From a virus, in IMG/VR virus record IMGVR_UViG_3300035365_000038, positions 1-39,848 of that record: DNA of 39,848 nt; one strand, given 5' to 3'. This document shows, piece after piece, positions 27,058 through 34,020 of the stretch (position 1 is the first letter of the stretch; every line of letters begins with the position of its first letter). The position numbers were made by a program, and so were the translations under genes. Below the pieces are notes generated by a model. It saw nothing but the letters and a program-made list of their open reading frames with translations. It made no database searches and was not told the DNA's origin.

Positions 27058-27132
27058 AGTTAAGGGGTTCATTTTTTTGCTGTATACTAAGATATAACTA
27101 TCTTTGTGGCAAATGTTGAACCCCTTAACTTT
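27056..27132. promoter_or_regulatory. 16-bp perfect inverted repeat bracketing the lysis promoter
   Basis: AAAGTTAAGGGGTTCA (27056-27071) and TGAACCCCTTAACTTT (27117-27132), separated by a 45-nt spacer that holds the -33 and -7 boxes. Confidence 0.6.
27076..27106 (+). promoter_or_regulatory. Bacteroidota-type promoter for the lysis cassette
   Basis: TTTG (27076-27079), 19-nt spacer, TATCTTTG (27099-27106). Confidence 0.55.
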
Positions 27133-27138
27133 TATTTT

Positions 27139-27636
27139 ATGTTAGAACTATTAGAGAATCAAGACATGGAAGGACTTATTAGCTATTCATTGATAAGGAT
27201 GGCAATAGTATTAGTATGCTGGTCGTTTGTCTTTATTGCGAATATGGTGGATTTTGTGAGCGGTAGAGAAACGGCGAAAGCGCTAGGGGAGCCAATTAAT
27301 AGTAAGGGCTACCGAAAGACTTTTGCAAAAATGGGAGATTATTATCGGGTACTTACTTTTGCCCTGTTATTCGATATTATAGGCAGCTTATTTGTTTTTT
27401 ATTCGCTTCCGTTTGCCTCGATGATAGGTAGTATAGCGGTAATAGCTATAGAATTATTATCAGTAATAGAAAACAGCCGAAAGAAGAAAAGCGAAGCCGC
27501 TGAAATACCGGACATGGTAAAGAAAATAATACAGTGCACAACAGTAGACGGCGGAAAGCAGATATACCAACAAATAACGAATAATATTATTTCGGAACTT
27601 AACCAAAAAAAGAATGAAAAAGACAGTAATGCTTGA
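27139..27636 (+). CDS. holin (phage_holin_4-like)
   Basis: Three hydrophobic segments, an IELLSVIENSRK motif and a charged C-tail. The track's GTG at 27106 lies inside the -7 box, so I prefer the ATG at 27139. A second ATG at 27166 gives possible dual starts. Confidence 0.7.
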   Translation: MLELLENQDMEGLISYSLIRMAIVLVCWSFVFIANMVDFVSGRETAKALGEPINSKGYRKTFAKMGDYYRVLTFALLFDIIGSLFVFYSLPFASMIGSIAVIAIELLSVIENSRKKKSEAAEIPDMVKKIIQCTTVDGGKQIYQQITNNIISELNQKKNEKDSNA

Positions 27637-28198
27637 CAACGGCCACGGAAAAGAAACGGCCGGAAAGAGAAGCCCAAAGTGGGCAGACGGAACCCAGCTT
27701 TTTGAGTGGGAATTTAACCGGGATATAGTAAAGCGTATCGCCCAAAAATGTAAAACGGCCGGGATTGATTGCCGGGTATTGGTACCGGAGGGAAAAGACA
27801 TTTCCCTGCAAGAGCGTTGCCGCCGGGCCAACGAGATCCACCAGGAGACAAACGGAAACTGTTTTTTGATAAGCGTCCACGCGAACGCTGGAGGCGGAAC
27901 AGGCTTTGAATGCTATACTAGCCCAGGAGCGACAAAAGCAGACACCTATGCAACGGAGATATGCAAGGCGATGCAAGCAATGTTCCCGGAGCAGAAGATG
28001 CGCTTCGATTATAGCGACGGGGACCCGGATAAGGAAAGCGAATTTTATATCCTTATGCACACGAAAAGCCCGGCGATCTTAACGGAGAACTTTTTCATGG
28101 ACCGGGAAACAGATTGCAGATTAATAATGAGCCAGGAGGGCCGCGAAGCGATAGCGGAAGCCCATTTCCAGGCGATTAAAAAAATTATGAGCCTATGA
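27614..28198 (+). CDS. N-acetylmuramoyl-L-alanine amidase (Amidase_3) endolysin
   Basis: LDNGHGKET...FEWEFN...LQERCRRAN...FLISVHANAGGG...PAILTENFFMD. Confidence 0.9.
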   Translation: MKKTVMLDNGHGKETAGKRSPKWADGTQLFEWEFNRDIVKRIAQKCKTAGIDCRVLVPEGKDISLQERCRRANEIHQETNGNCFLISVHANAGGGTGFECYTSPGATKADTYATEICKAMQAMFPEQKMRFDYSDGDPDKESEFYILMHTKSPAILTENFFMDRETDCRLIMSQEGREAIAEAHFQAIKKIMSL

Positions 28199-28809
28199 CA
28201 GCAAAAAAGATTTCCATTATAGCCGCCGTAGTAGTAGCCCTATTGGTAGGCGTAGTTTGGATCTTATCGGCCCGGCTTAAACAGGTAACGGCCGAAAGAG
28301 ACGTTCAACTGAACAACGTAAATTCCCTTATGCTTACAGTGGCCGAATATCAGACAGAAGACAGTTTGCACGCGGCAACAGTAGGACAGTTACAACTAAG
28401 CCTGGAACAGTACAAAGAACTAAGGGCGGAAGACGCGAAAATAATAGAAAGCCTTAAGGTAGACAAAAACAGGCTACAGGAAGTTATAACCACGCAAACG
28501 GAAAGTTATTACAAGCATACAGCCCAATTAAGGGACAGTATTAAATGGATAACGAGAGACAGCATACAGATACCTATTACAATTAAGACAGCCAAAAGGG
28601 AGGATGCCTGGCATACTATTAATATAGAGGTATATCAAGACAGCGTATATTACCAGTTAAGGACCAGGGAAAGTTTGATAATAACAAACCACGTAGTCCC
28701 CAAAAAATTCCTTTGGTTTAAATTCGGATGCAAGGAAGTACGTACAGACGTGGTAAGCAAAAACCCATACACAGAAAAGATAAACATAGAGACTATAACA
28801 ATTCGATAA
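28195..28809 (+). CDS. type-II membrane protein with a coiled-coil ectodomain; putative spanin or lysis accessory protein
   Basis: N-terminal TM segment IIAAVVVALLVGVVWIL followed by a coiled coil. ATGA-coupled to the amidase and last gene of the lysis cassette. Confidence 0.5.
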   Translation: MTAKKISIIAAVVVALLVGVVWILSARLKQVTAERDVQLNNVNSLMLTVAEYQTEDSLHAATVGQLQLSLEQYKELRAEDAKIIESLKVDKNRLQEVITTQTESYYKHTAQLRDSIKWITRDSIQIPITIKTAKREDAWHTINIEVYQDSVYYQLRTRESLIITNHVVPKKFLWFKFGCKEVRTDVVSKNPYTEKINIETITIR

Positions 28810-28814
28810 TTTAT

Positions 28815-28848
28815 AACCGGACTTGCAGTTTTGCAGGCCCGGTTTTTT
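28815..28848 (+). terminator. intrinsic terminator-like imperfect hairpin plus T6
   Basis: AACCGG...GCAG-tttt-GCAG...CCGGTT followed by TTTTTTG. Confidence 0.5.
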
Positions 28849-28852
28849 GTTG

Positions 28853-28946
28853 GCGCAAAATGAGGCGTTTTGCGGGCATATCTTTTCTTTTCTATACGAA
28901 TATACATTCAAATAGAAAAACGCGCTTAAAACGAAAATTCGCCTCA
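28853..28946. promoter_or_regulatory. inverted pair of TGAGGCG-core sites upstream of early promoter P1
   Basis: AAAATGAGGCGTTTTG (28857-28872) on + and AAAATTCGCCTCAAATT (28934-28950) on -. The first is embedded in the hairpin CGCAAAA-tgaggcg-TTTTGCG. Confidence 0.4.
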
Positions 28947-29011
28947 AATTACTTTTTTAAGCGCTTAAAGCGTTTTTTTTATTGTATTCATAGAAAAAAA
29001 CAAAGAAAAAT

Positions 29012-29042
29012 TTTGTAGAATTAAAATTTCGCTTTAAATTTG
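29012..29042 (+). promoter_or_regulatory. early promoter P1, member of a three-copy near-identical promoter family
   Basis: TTTG-TAGAATTAAAATTTCGCTT-TAAATTTG with a 19-nt spacer. Confidence 0.65.
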
Positions 29043-29112
29043 CAGTGTAAAACAAAGGGGATAACCCCTAACCGGCCGGGCGGGTTCCCGGAAACATTTA
29101 TTTTTTTTTGTT

Positions 29113-29328
29113 ATGGTAACAATGTACGAACTTGTTAAGAAAGTAGATATGAATTGGATAATCAATTTATGCCACAAACCAGGAGCAAGACTTGATTATA
29201 TGGTAGAGGAAATCACGTTAAAATATAATAGCTTAACAGCAAATGAGGCTAAGAAAATTATTTTATTAGTTGCATTATCTGAGGCATCAATAAAAGCATT
29301 TAAAGACTTGAACAAAGCCGGAAAGTAA
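29113..29328 (+). CDS. hypothetical early protein (71 aa)
   Basis: First ORF after P1. Its stop codon lies in the GTAA loop of the hairpin GCCGGAAA/TTTCCGGC (29317-29336). Confidence 0.55.
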   Translation: MVTMYELVKKVDMNWIINLCHKPGARLDYMVEEITLKYNSLTANEAKKIILLVALSEASIKAFKDLNKAGK

Positions 29329-29352
29329 TTTCCGGCCATAAAATAAACTATT

Positions 29353-29496
29353 ATGAGAACAAAATTCGTAGAGACAGAAAGCAGGTATAAGGCTAAAAAA
29401 CAATGCCCCTGGGCGGAGAAAGTAACAAAGGTATGCGGGGGCTATATGTGTTTTGAATCGGAAGCAGATTATAATACTTGGAAAAACCAAAAATAA
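29353..29496 (+). CDS. small Cys-containing protein (47 aa, below the track cutoff)
   Basis: MRTKFVETESRYKAKKQCPWAEKVTKVCGGYMCFESEADYNTWKNQK reads as real protein sequence and fills the gap exactly. Confidence 0.5.
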   Translation: MRTKFVETESRYKAKKQCPWAEKVTKVCGGYMCFESEADYNTWKNQK

Positions 29497-29502
29497 CAAC
29501 CA

Positions 29503-29537
29503 TCCGGGCCGCCGGAATAAAACCTAATATAAAGAAT
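29503..29537 (+). promoter_or_regulatory. intercistronic hairpin cassette, copy e
   Basis: AACCA-TCCGG-gccg-CCGGA-ATAAAACCTAATATAAAGAAT-ATG. Confidence 0.5.
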
Positions 29538-29864
29538 ATGGAAAAGTTTGAAATTTACATTCTGAATGAACGAACTAGAGTTTATGAACTTATGGGAAGA
29601 AGATCGCTTGATAGAGCGAAGAAATTCTTTGAGAATCGTATTTGTTCCGGATATATAAAGGATAAATCCGGGAATATAGTGGAAAAGTATTCTGCATGGG
29701 TAGTAAGAGAAAGTACGGCAGGATATGTAATAGATAGATTTTGGACTAAAGAAGAAGCAGAACAGGCGATAAAGGAGTACGAAAAAGAGGATAAGGAAAG
29801 CGGTTATTATGAACCAGGTTTTTACGAACCATATAATTTTGAGTTATCATACAGAACAGAGTAG
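29538..29864 (+). CDS. hypothetical early protein (108 aa from the ATG at 29538)
   Basis: The track's TTG start at 29478 overlaps the 47-aa ORF and the hairpin. The ATG at 29538 follows the cassette. Confidence 0.6.
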   Translation: MEKFEIYILNERTRVYELMGRRSLDRAKKFFENRICSGYIKDKSGNIVEKYSAWVVRESTAGYVIDRFWTKEEAEQAIKEYEKEDKESGYYEPGFYEPYNFELSYRTE

Positions 29865-29892
29865 GGAAATAGGAAAATTAAATAAATAACCA

Positions 29893-29925
29893 GCCGTGGG
29901 AAACCCCGGCATAAAACATTTTATT
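29893..29925 (+). promoter_or_regulatory. intercistronic hairpin cassette, copy a
   Basis: TAACCA-GCCG(T)GGG-aaa-CCCCGGC-ATAAAACATTTTATT-ATG. Confidence 0.5.
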
Positions 29926-30318
29926 ATGACAGTAAATGAAGCAATGCTACAGGTAGCGGAGAAAGAAGCAAAGAAGTACGGGTATATAGAAGTAAGTAAG
30001 GGTATAATAGAGGCAAGCAAGGACCCGTTTTGGGGCAATAGGGCAAAAGCATTTATGTCAGAAACCCCGATAATAGTAAATGCGTGCAAATATATTATGC
30101 CCGTGTTTGAAGGCGAGAATGGACCAAACGGGAAAAAGCCTAGAATTGGCATAGATATGCACTGGGGAAACCCGCGGTTATCAGTATGCCAACCGGATGG
30201 AACTTTTGCATGCTTAACGTATAAAGATGGGAAATTTAGCGATGCGCAGGCGTTCCAGGAAGGCGGGCTGATTTTTGCTTTATATTTGAAAGAACAAATA
30301 GATGATCTAATAGGATAA
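29926..30318 (+). CDS. hypothetical early protein (130 aa from the ATG at 29926)
   Basis: The track's GTG at 29896 lies inside the hairpin, so I prefer the ATG at 29926. Confidence 0.6.
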   Translation: MTVNEAMLQVAEKEAKKYGYIEVSKGIIEASKDPFWGNRAKAFMSETPIIVNACKYIMPVFEGENGPNGKKPRIGIDMHWGNPRLSVCQPDGTFACLTYKDGKFSDAQAFQEGGLIFALYLKEQIDDLIG

Positions 30319-30329
30319 ATTAAAAGCAA

Positions 30330-30407
30330 ATGGATATATTGCTAATATTAAGCTATTTAATAGTTTTCTTTGTACTGTTATTAGGAATAGAACAGCAAAG
30401 GAAATAG
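30330..30407 (+). CDS. possible 25-aa hydrophobic micropeptide, doubtful
   Basis: MDILLILSYLIVFFVLLLGIEQQRK lies in an otherwise non-coding 199-nt AT-rich gap. Confidence 0.2.
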   Translation: MDILLILSYLIVFFVLLLGIEQQRK

Positions 30408-30481
30408 GAGCAAAATTTGAAGATATAAAAAATATGACTATATCAAAAGTTTGGGAATTATATAACAAATAAGTATAATCA

Positions 30482-30517
30482 GCCGGGGCGAAAGCCCTGG
30501 CATAAACCTAGAGATTT
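30482..30517 (+). promoter_or_regulatory. intercistronic hairpin cassette, copy b
   Basis: TAATCA-GCCGGGGC-gaaa-GCCCTGGC-ATAAACCTAGAGATTT-ATG. Confidence 0.5.
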
Positions 30518-31369
30518 ATGGAATTACAACAAGGATTGAACAACGTAATTAGAGAGAGAATTGCAAAGCGTATTCAGACAGGAAGTATGAACGCCCGGGA
30601 AGCCGTACAGAAGCTTATATCAGAAGGGAAAGTAGCCAATGACTATATTGCCTATTTGGGAGCTAATAACACCCGGAAATCAGAAGTAATATTTAACGCG
30701 GCCGACGCCGTAGAAATGCAGCTAGGAGAAAACGGCGTTTATCAGATACACGACAACGCCATCAGCCAGCTAGGGGAAAGATTCAACGTACCTTCCCGAT
30801 ACTTAAGAGATCTAGCAGCAGGCGATGAATGGCAGAGAAATTTGGCCGCCGAGATCTTAAACAAGCATAGCACCTGGACACACAGAAGCCGGGCACTAGT
30901 TAGAACTGTAGGCAGCGAAGTAAGAGGCGTTTTATCGGATAGCTATAGAAGACTTAACAGCGAAACTATTATTATGAGTTTCCTTGAAACAGCTAACCGC
31001 ATGGGAGGGCAACTGGCAGACGGATTTATGGACGCTACCAGGGTATATATGGAAGTATTAATGCCCGAAACTATAGCAATACCAACAGCCAAAAACGGAG
31101 TAGTAGAAATGGCGTTTGGCGCCCGCCTTTCTACCAGCGATTACGGGGATGGAGCGCTAGAACTAAGAGCCTTTTTAATGCAGGGCGTTTGTCTTAACGG
31201 AATGTGCAGGCAAAGCGTAATGCGCCAGGTACATTTAGGCGGTAGATTGCCGGAAAATATAGCGTTAAGCCAAAGAACGTATGAGCTGGACACAAAGACC
31301 CAGGCAAGCGCTATAAGAGACCTAACTAAAAGTATTTTCAGTAAGGAGAGCATAACTCAAAAACCCTAG
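30518..31369 (+). CDS. DUF932-family protein
   Basis: ...ALVRTVGSEVRGVLSDSYRRLNSETIIMSFLE... matches the DUF932 core (R-x-v-S-d-x-Y-x-x-l-n). Confidence 0.6.
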   Translation: MELQQGLNNVIRERIAKRIQTGSMNAREAVQKLISEGKVANDYIAYLGANNTRKSEVIFNAADAVEMQLGENGVYQIHDNAISQLGERFNVPSRYLRDLAAGDEWQRNLAAEILNKHSTWTHRSRALVRTVGSEVRGVLSDSYRRLNSETIIMSFLETANRMGGQLADGFMDATRVYMEVLMPETIAIPTAKNGVVEMAFGARLSTSDYGDGALELRAFLMQGVCLNGMCRQSVMRQVHLGGRLPENIALSQRTYELDTKTQASAIRDLTKSIFSKESITQKP

Positions 31370-31372
31370 AAA

Positions 31373-31404
31373 TTTGCGGGAAAGAAAACAAATAGCTATA
31401 TTTG
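31373..31404 (+). promoter_or_regulatory. Bacteroidota-type promoter feeding directly into a terminator
   Basis: TTTG (31373-31376), 20-nt spacer, TATATTTG (31397-31404). Confidence 0.5.
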
Positions 31405-31408
31405 TGAA

Positions 31409-31481
31409 CCAAAAAACGCATTCTCTAGGTACAACCTTAAGGCCCGTTGCATTTACCGCAAATGTAACGGGCCTTTTTTTT
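31409..31481 (+). ncRNA. candidate small RNA of about 70 nt, or a terminated leader
   Basis: The predicted start a few nt after 31404 is followed by an ATG-free stretch that ends in a 14-bp hairpin plus T8. Confidence 0.4.
31441..31481 (+). terminator. strong intrinsic terminator
   Basis: GGCCCGTTGCATTT-accgc-AAATGTAACGGGCC (one G-U pair) followed by T8. Confidence 0.75.
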
Positions 31482-31491
31482 AAACCTAAAC

Positions 31492-31522
31492 TTTGTAGAA
31501 TTAAAATAAATATTTAATTTTG
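31492..31522 (+). promoter_or_regulatory. early promoter P2
   Basis: TTTG-TAGAATTAAAATAAATATT-TAATTTTG with a 19-nt spacer. ATG at 31545. Confidence 0.65.
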
Positions 31523-31544
31523 CAAGGACTAAAAACAAATTATT

Positions 31545-31784
31545 ATGATACTAAGAATTAATGAGGCTATAGCTAGAGCCGAAAGAAACGGAAAAAAGAT
31601 CTTAAAGAAAGAACTGGCGGCAAAGATTTGGACCAACAGCCGCCCGGAAGCCCAGGCGGTAAACATGACTAACTTATGCACCGGAGTAACTCAAAAAATA
31701 AACCCGGAATGGATAATAGTAATTTGCAAAGAAACAGGATGCAGCGCCGATTTCCTGTTAGGAATTAAGGAGGATGATAAATGA
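31545..31784 (+). CDS. XRE-family (Cro/CI-like) HTH regulator
   Basis: KKELAAKIWTNSRPEAQAVNMTNLCTG...ICKETGCSADFLLGI is an HTH_3 pattern. 79 aa. Confidence 0.8.
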   Translation: MILRINEAIARAERNGKKILKKELAAKIWTNSRPEAQAVNMTNLCTGVTQKINPEWIIVICKETGCSADFLLGIKEDDK

Positions 31785-31951
31785 AAAGAATAAATTATAT
31801 TTTGTATCGCATAGCCTTGTATTTAGGCAGCGACAAATTTACAAAGGGAGCTTTTAAGTTTTTCGCTATTATAACACTAATAGGAGGATTTATTAACCCG
31901 GTTTTTTTGATTTTTTCAATAGGTTTTTTTATCGCGAACAAAGTAATATAA
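31781..31951 (+). CDS. small membrane protein (56 aa, below the track cutoff)
   Basis: ATGA overlap with the XRE stop. FFAIITLIGGFINPVFLIFSIGFFI is hydrophobic. I prefer it to the antisense 79-aa ORF at 31795-32034. Confidence 0.45.
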   Translation: MKRINYILYRIALYLGSDKFTKGAFKFFAIITLIGGFINPVFLIFSIGFFIANKVI

Positions 31952-31971
31952 CAATTTAAACAGACTAGAGA

Positions 31972-33279
31972 ATGAAAAACGTAGTAAAAGACATGGTAAG
32001 CGTAATGCAGCCAGTAGAACAGGAAGACATGCAAGTAATTAACCCGGAACAGTTGAACGAACTAGGAGCCTATGAGATAGCCCCAGGGATGACGTCTGAA
32101 CAGATACAGGCGGAGTTTTTCAATTCGGACGCCCTTCGGGAGCAGCCGGAACCAGTCTACAGACTAGACAGCAGCGGCCGCCGATATTATTATAACTTCG
32201 ACGAAAACGGGGAACCGCGCTTTTTTGTTAGTGTTACCACGATGATAAAGCAGAATATGCCAACTTCCCCCCAGCTTATAGAATGGATTGCAAAGATGGG
32301 CGTAGAAGAAAGTAAGAGATATGCAGCGGAAAGGGCCAGTTACGGAACATTCATGCACGCACAAATAGCGTCCCTTATTATTAACAGAACATACGACCTG
32401 GACCAGCTTAAGGACGAGTTAAGGACGTATATCGAAAAGGAAAAGTTACCTACCGACTTTATTAATTACGCGGAAGACTTTAAAAAAGATATTTTGGCTT
32501 TTGCACAATTCATGCGGGACGTAGATCTGAAGCCCCTGGCCATAGAACTAGTATTAACACACCCGGAAGACGGATATGCTGGGGCGCTGGATCTAGCCGC
32601 CGAAATAACGATAGAGGAAAAAGGATTTTTCGGCGAAGTGTATAAGACCGGATCCAACGCCGGGAAACCGAAGGAGACAAAGAGACAGATCAGAATAAGA
32701 GGTATAATAGACTTTAAGTCCGGCCGCAAAGGATTTTTCCCGGAGCACGAAGTACAGCTTCACGCATACAAGGAAATGTGGAATATACATTTTCCCGATA
32801 TGCCGATAGACCGAGTATTTAACTGGTCTCCGAAAGATTGGAGGGGAAGTATACCGACCTATAATTTCAAGGATCAGACCGGAAGCCAGGAAGCGTTAAG
32901 ACTACCGTTCATCGTAGGCCAGGCGAAGTTACAGAACGACAGAAAGGATAATACCGTAGTTTTCTGTTCCGGAATTATCAACCTGGACGCCGACGATATG
33001 CTGGAAGGAAACATAACAGAAATGAGATTATCAGAGGTAGTAAAGAAAAGAAAACAAATAGACACTAAAGCGGAAAAAACAAAGTTAGATAATACCCAGG
33101 AGACGCAAGAATTAACGGAAAAGGAAGAAAAGACCAAAAACAGCCGCAAATCGGGCCGAAATGAAGACGAAAAAGCAAAGGCTGGTACAAATACACCATC
33201 GAAAGAAAAAAAGGCCTTAAAAGAGAAAACAGAAAGAAATAAAAAAATAGAAACCCTATTGAATGATGATGATCTATGA
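31972..33279 (+). CDS. PD-(D/E)XK (RecB/YqaJ/Cas4-like) exonuclease with a long K/E-rich tail ending in DDDL
   Basis: ...VSVTTMIK...GTFMHAQI...ELVLTHPEDGYAGALDL...GIIDFKSGRK...QLHAYK gives the D...(D/E)xK...Q-x-x-x-Y layout. Confidence 0.7.
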   Translation: MKNVVKDMVSVMQPVEQEDMQVINPEQLNELGAYEIAPGMTSEQIQAEFFNSDALREQPEPVYRLDSSGRRYYYNFDENGEPRFFVSVTTMIKQNMPTSPQLIEWIAKMGVEESKRYAAERASYGTFMHAQIASLIINRTYDLDQLKDELRTYIEKEKLPTDFINYAEDFKKDILAFAQFMRDVDLKPLAIELVLTHPEDGYAGALDLAAEITIEEKGFFGEVYKTGSNAGKPKETKRQIRIRGIIDFKSGRKGFFPEHEVQLHAYKEMWNIHFPDMPIDRVFNWSPKDWRGSIPTYNFKDQTGSQEALRLPFIVGQAKLQNDRKDNTVVFCSGIINLDADDMLEGNITEMRLSEVVKKRKQIDTKAEKTKLDNTQETQELTEKEEKTKNSRKSGRNEDEKAKAGTNTPSKEKKALKEKTERNKKIETLLNDDDL

Positions 33280-34007
33280 TAAGCGGACGGATTAAAATAA
33301 ACAGACCCGCGGCGGAGCGAGACCACCTGGTTTTGCCCCGCGTGGGATTTATAAAAGTAGGCTATAAGGAAAAAGGCCGTAACGGTAAGGAATACCCCAG
33401 GAGCGTAGATTACTTTATTCCGGACGGAAAGTATGCAGGACTGTTTACCCAGGCTTATGGGGATAAGCCGCAAACTATACAAATTATATTCCCCGATGAT
33501 GATCCGGCCAAAGTTTGCTGCGAGCGTTACGAATACCGGGACGACGAAGGAAGGTTGCTAGCTACTGGAGATGGAGAGAAATTCCAGGTTTGGAACGGTA
33601 AGGAATACCAGGTATTAACGACTAAAGAATTCCCTAACCTTATGCGAGGTATAGAGAAAAAATACCCAAACAGAGCGTATAAGCAAGAAGGGGATGGATG
33701 GAAGATAATACTCACGCTTAATTTTATTATTCCGTGCGTTCGCGGCGTGACCGGAGTATGGCAGTTTTCCACAAAGGGAGCCGCCAGTACAATACCCCAG
33801 ATCCGTGATGTTTTTGATTCGATGCTAGAAAGCCGTGGATTCTGCAAAGGGATAGTTTTTGATTTGAGTGTTAAGTTTGCAACCAGTCAAAAGCCTGGGG
33901 ATAGGAGTAGATACCCGGTTGTTAGTCTTGTGGCTAACGAAAGCGAAGAAAACATTCTTAAGGTGAAGCAAGCATTTAAACCTAGCAATTTGCTGGAAAA
34001 AAAATAA
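33276..34007 (+). CDS. Gp3-like 'recombination directionality factor-like' family protein
   Basis: LPRVGFIKVGYK...YPRSVDYF...AYGDKPQTIQIIFP...GVWQFSTKGAASTIPQIRD...GIVFDLSVKF resembles the phiC31 gp3-type family as I recall it. 243 aa. Confidence 0.5.
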   Translation: MISGRIKINRPAAERDHLVLPRVGFIKVGYKEKGRNGKEYPRSVDYFIPDGKYAGLFTQAYGDKPQTIQIIFPDDDPAKVCCERYEYRDDEGRLLATGDGEKFQVWNGKEYQVLTTKEFPNLMRGIEKKYPNRAYKQEGDGWKIILTLNFIIPCVRGVTGVWQFSTKGAASTIPQIRDVFDSMLESRGFCKGIVFDLSVKFATSQKPGDRSRYPVVSLVANESEENILKVKQAFKPSNLLEKK

Positions 34008-34020
34008 ATTCATATATTTG
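33989..34020 (+). promoter_or_regulatory. Bacteroidota-type promoter for the replication operon
   Basis: TTTG (33989-33992), 20-nt spacer, TATATTTG (34013-34020). Like P1, it is followed by CAGTG. Confidence 0.55.

Noticed and set aside
27399-28060. Three overlapping minus-strand ORFs (92-153 aa) over the holin and amidase genes
   Set aside because: The plus strand encodes an unmistakable holin and an Amidase_3 endolysin. The antisense ORFs have no motif and overlap one another.
29043-29112. P1 leader as an intrinsic terminator or sRNA (hairpins AGGGG-ataa-CCCCT and CCGGG-cgggtt-CCCGG, then T9)
   Set aside because: The T-run is separated from the last stem by AAACATTTA and directly abuts the ATG at 29113. 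It is more likely an unstructured A/U-rich translation-initiation region behind stabilising hairpins. I keep it only as a note.
29847-30329. 160-aa minus-strand ORF competing with 29926-30318 (+)
   Set aside because: The plus-strand product looks like a normal soluble protein and follows a conserved hairpin-leader cassette. The minus-strand translation is S/F/P-rich and would be the only reverse gene.
31370-31480. C-terminal extension of the DUF932 protein by read-through of TAG 31367-31369 (the frame stays open for 37 more codons)
   Set aside because: The extension runs through a promoter and a terminator hairpin, and its translation (KFAGKKTNSYICEPKN...) has no protein-like features. The open frame is probably coincidental.
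31795-32034. 79-aa minus-strand ORF between the XRE and exonuclease genes
   Set aside because: A plus-strand 56-codon ORF with ATGA coupling to the XRE gene explains the region better and keeps the unidirectional layout.
32874-33482. 202-aa ORF on the minus strand
   Set aside because: It lies antisense to the K/E-rich tail of the exonuclease and the start of the Gp3-like gene. It has the same S/F/L-rich artefact composition.
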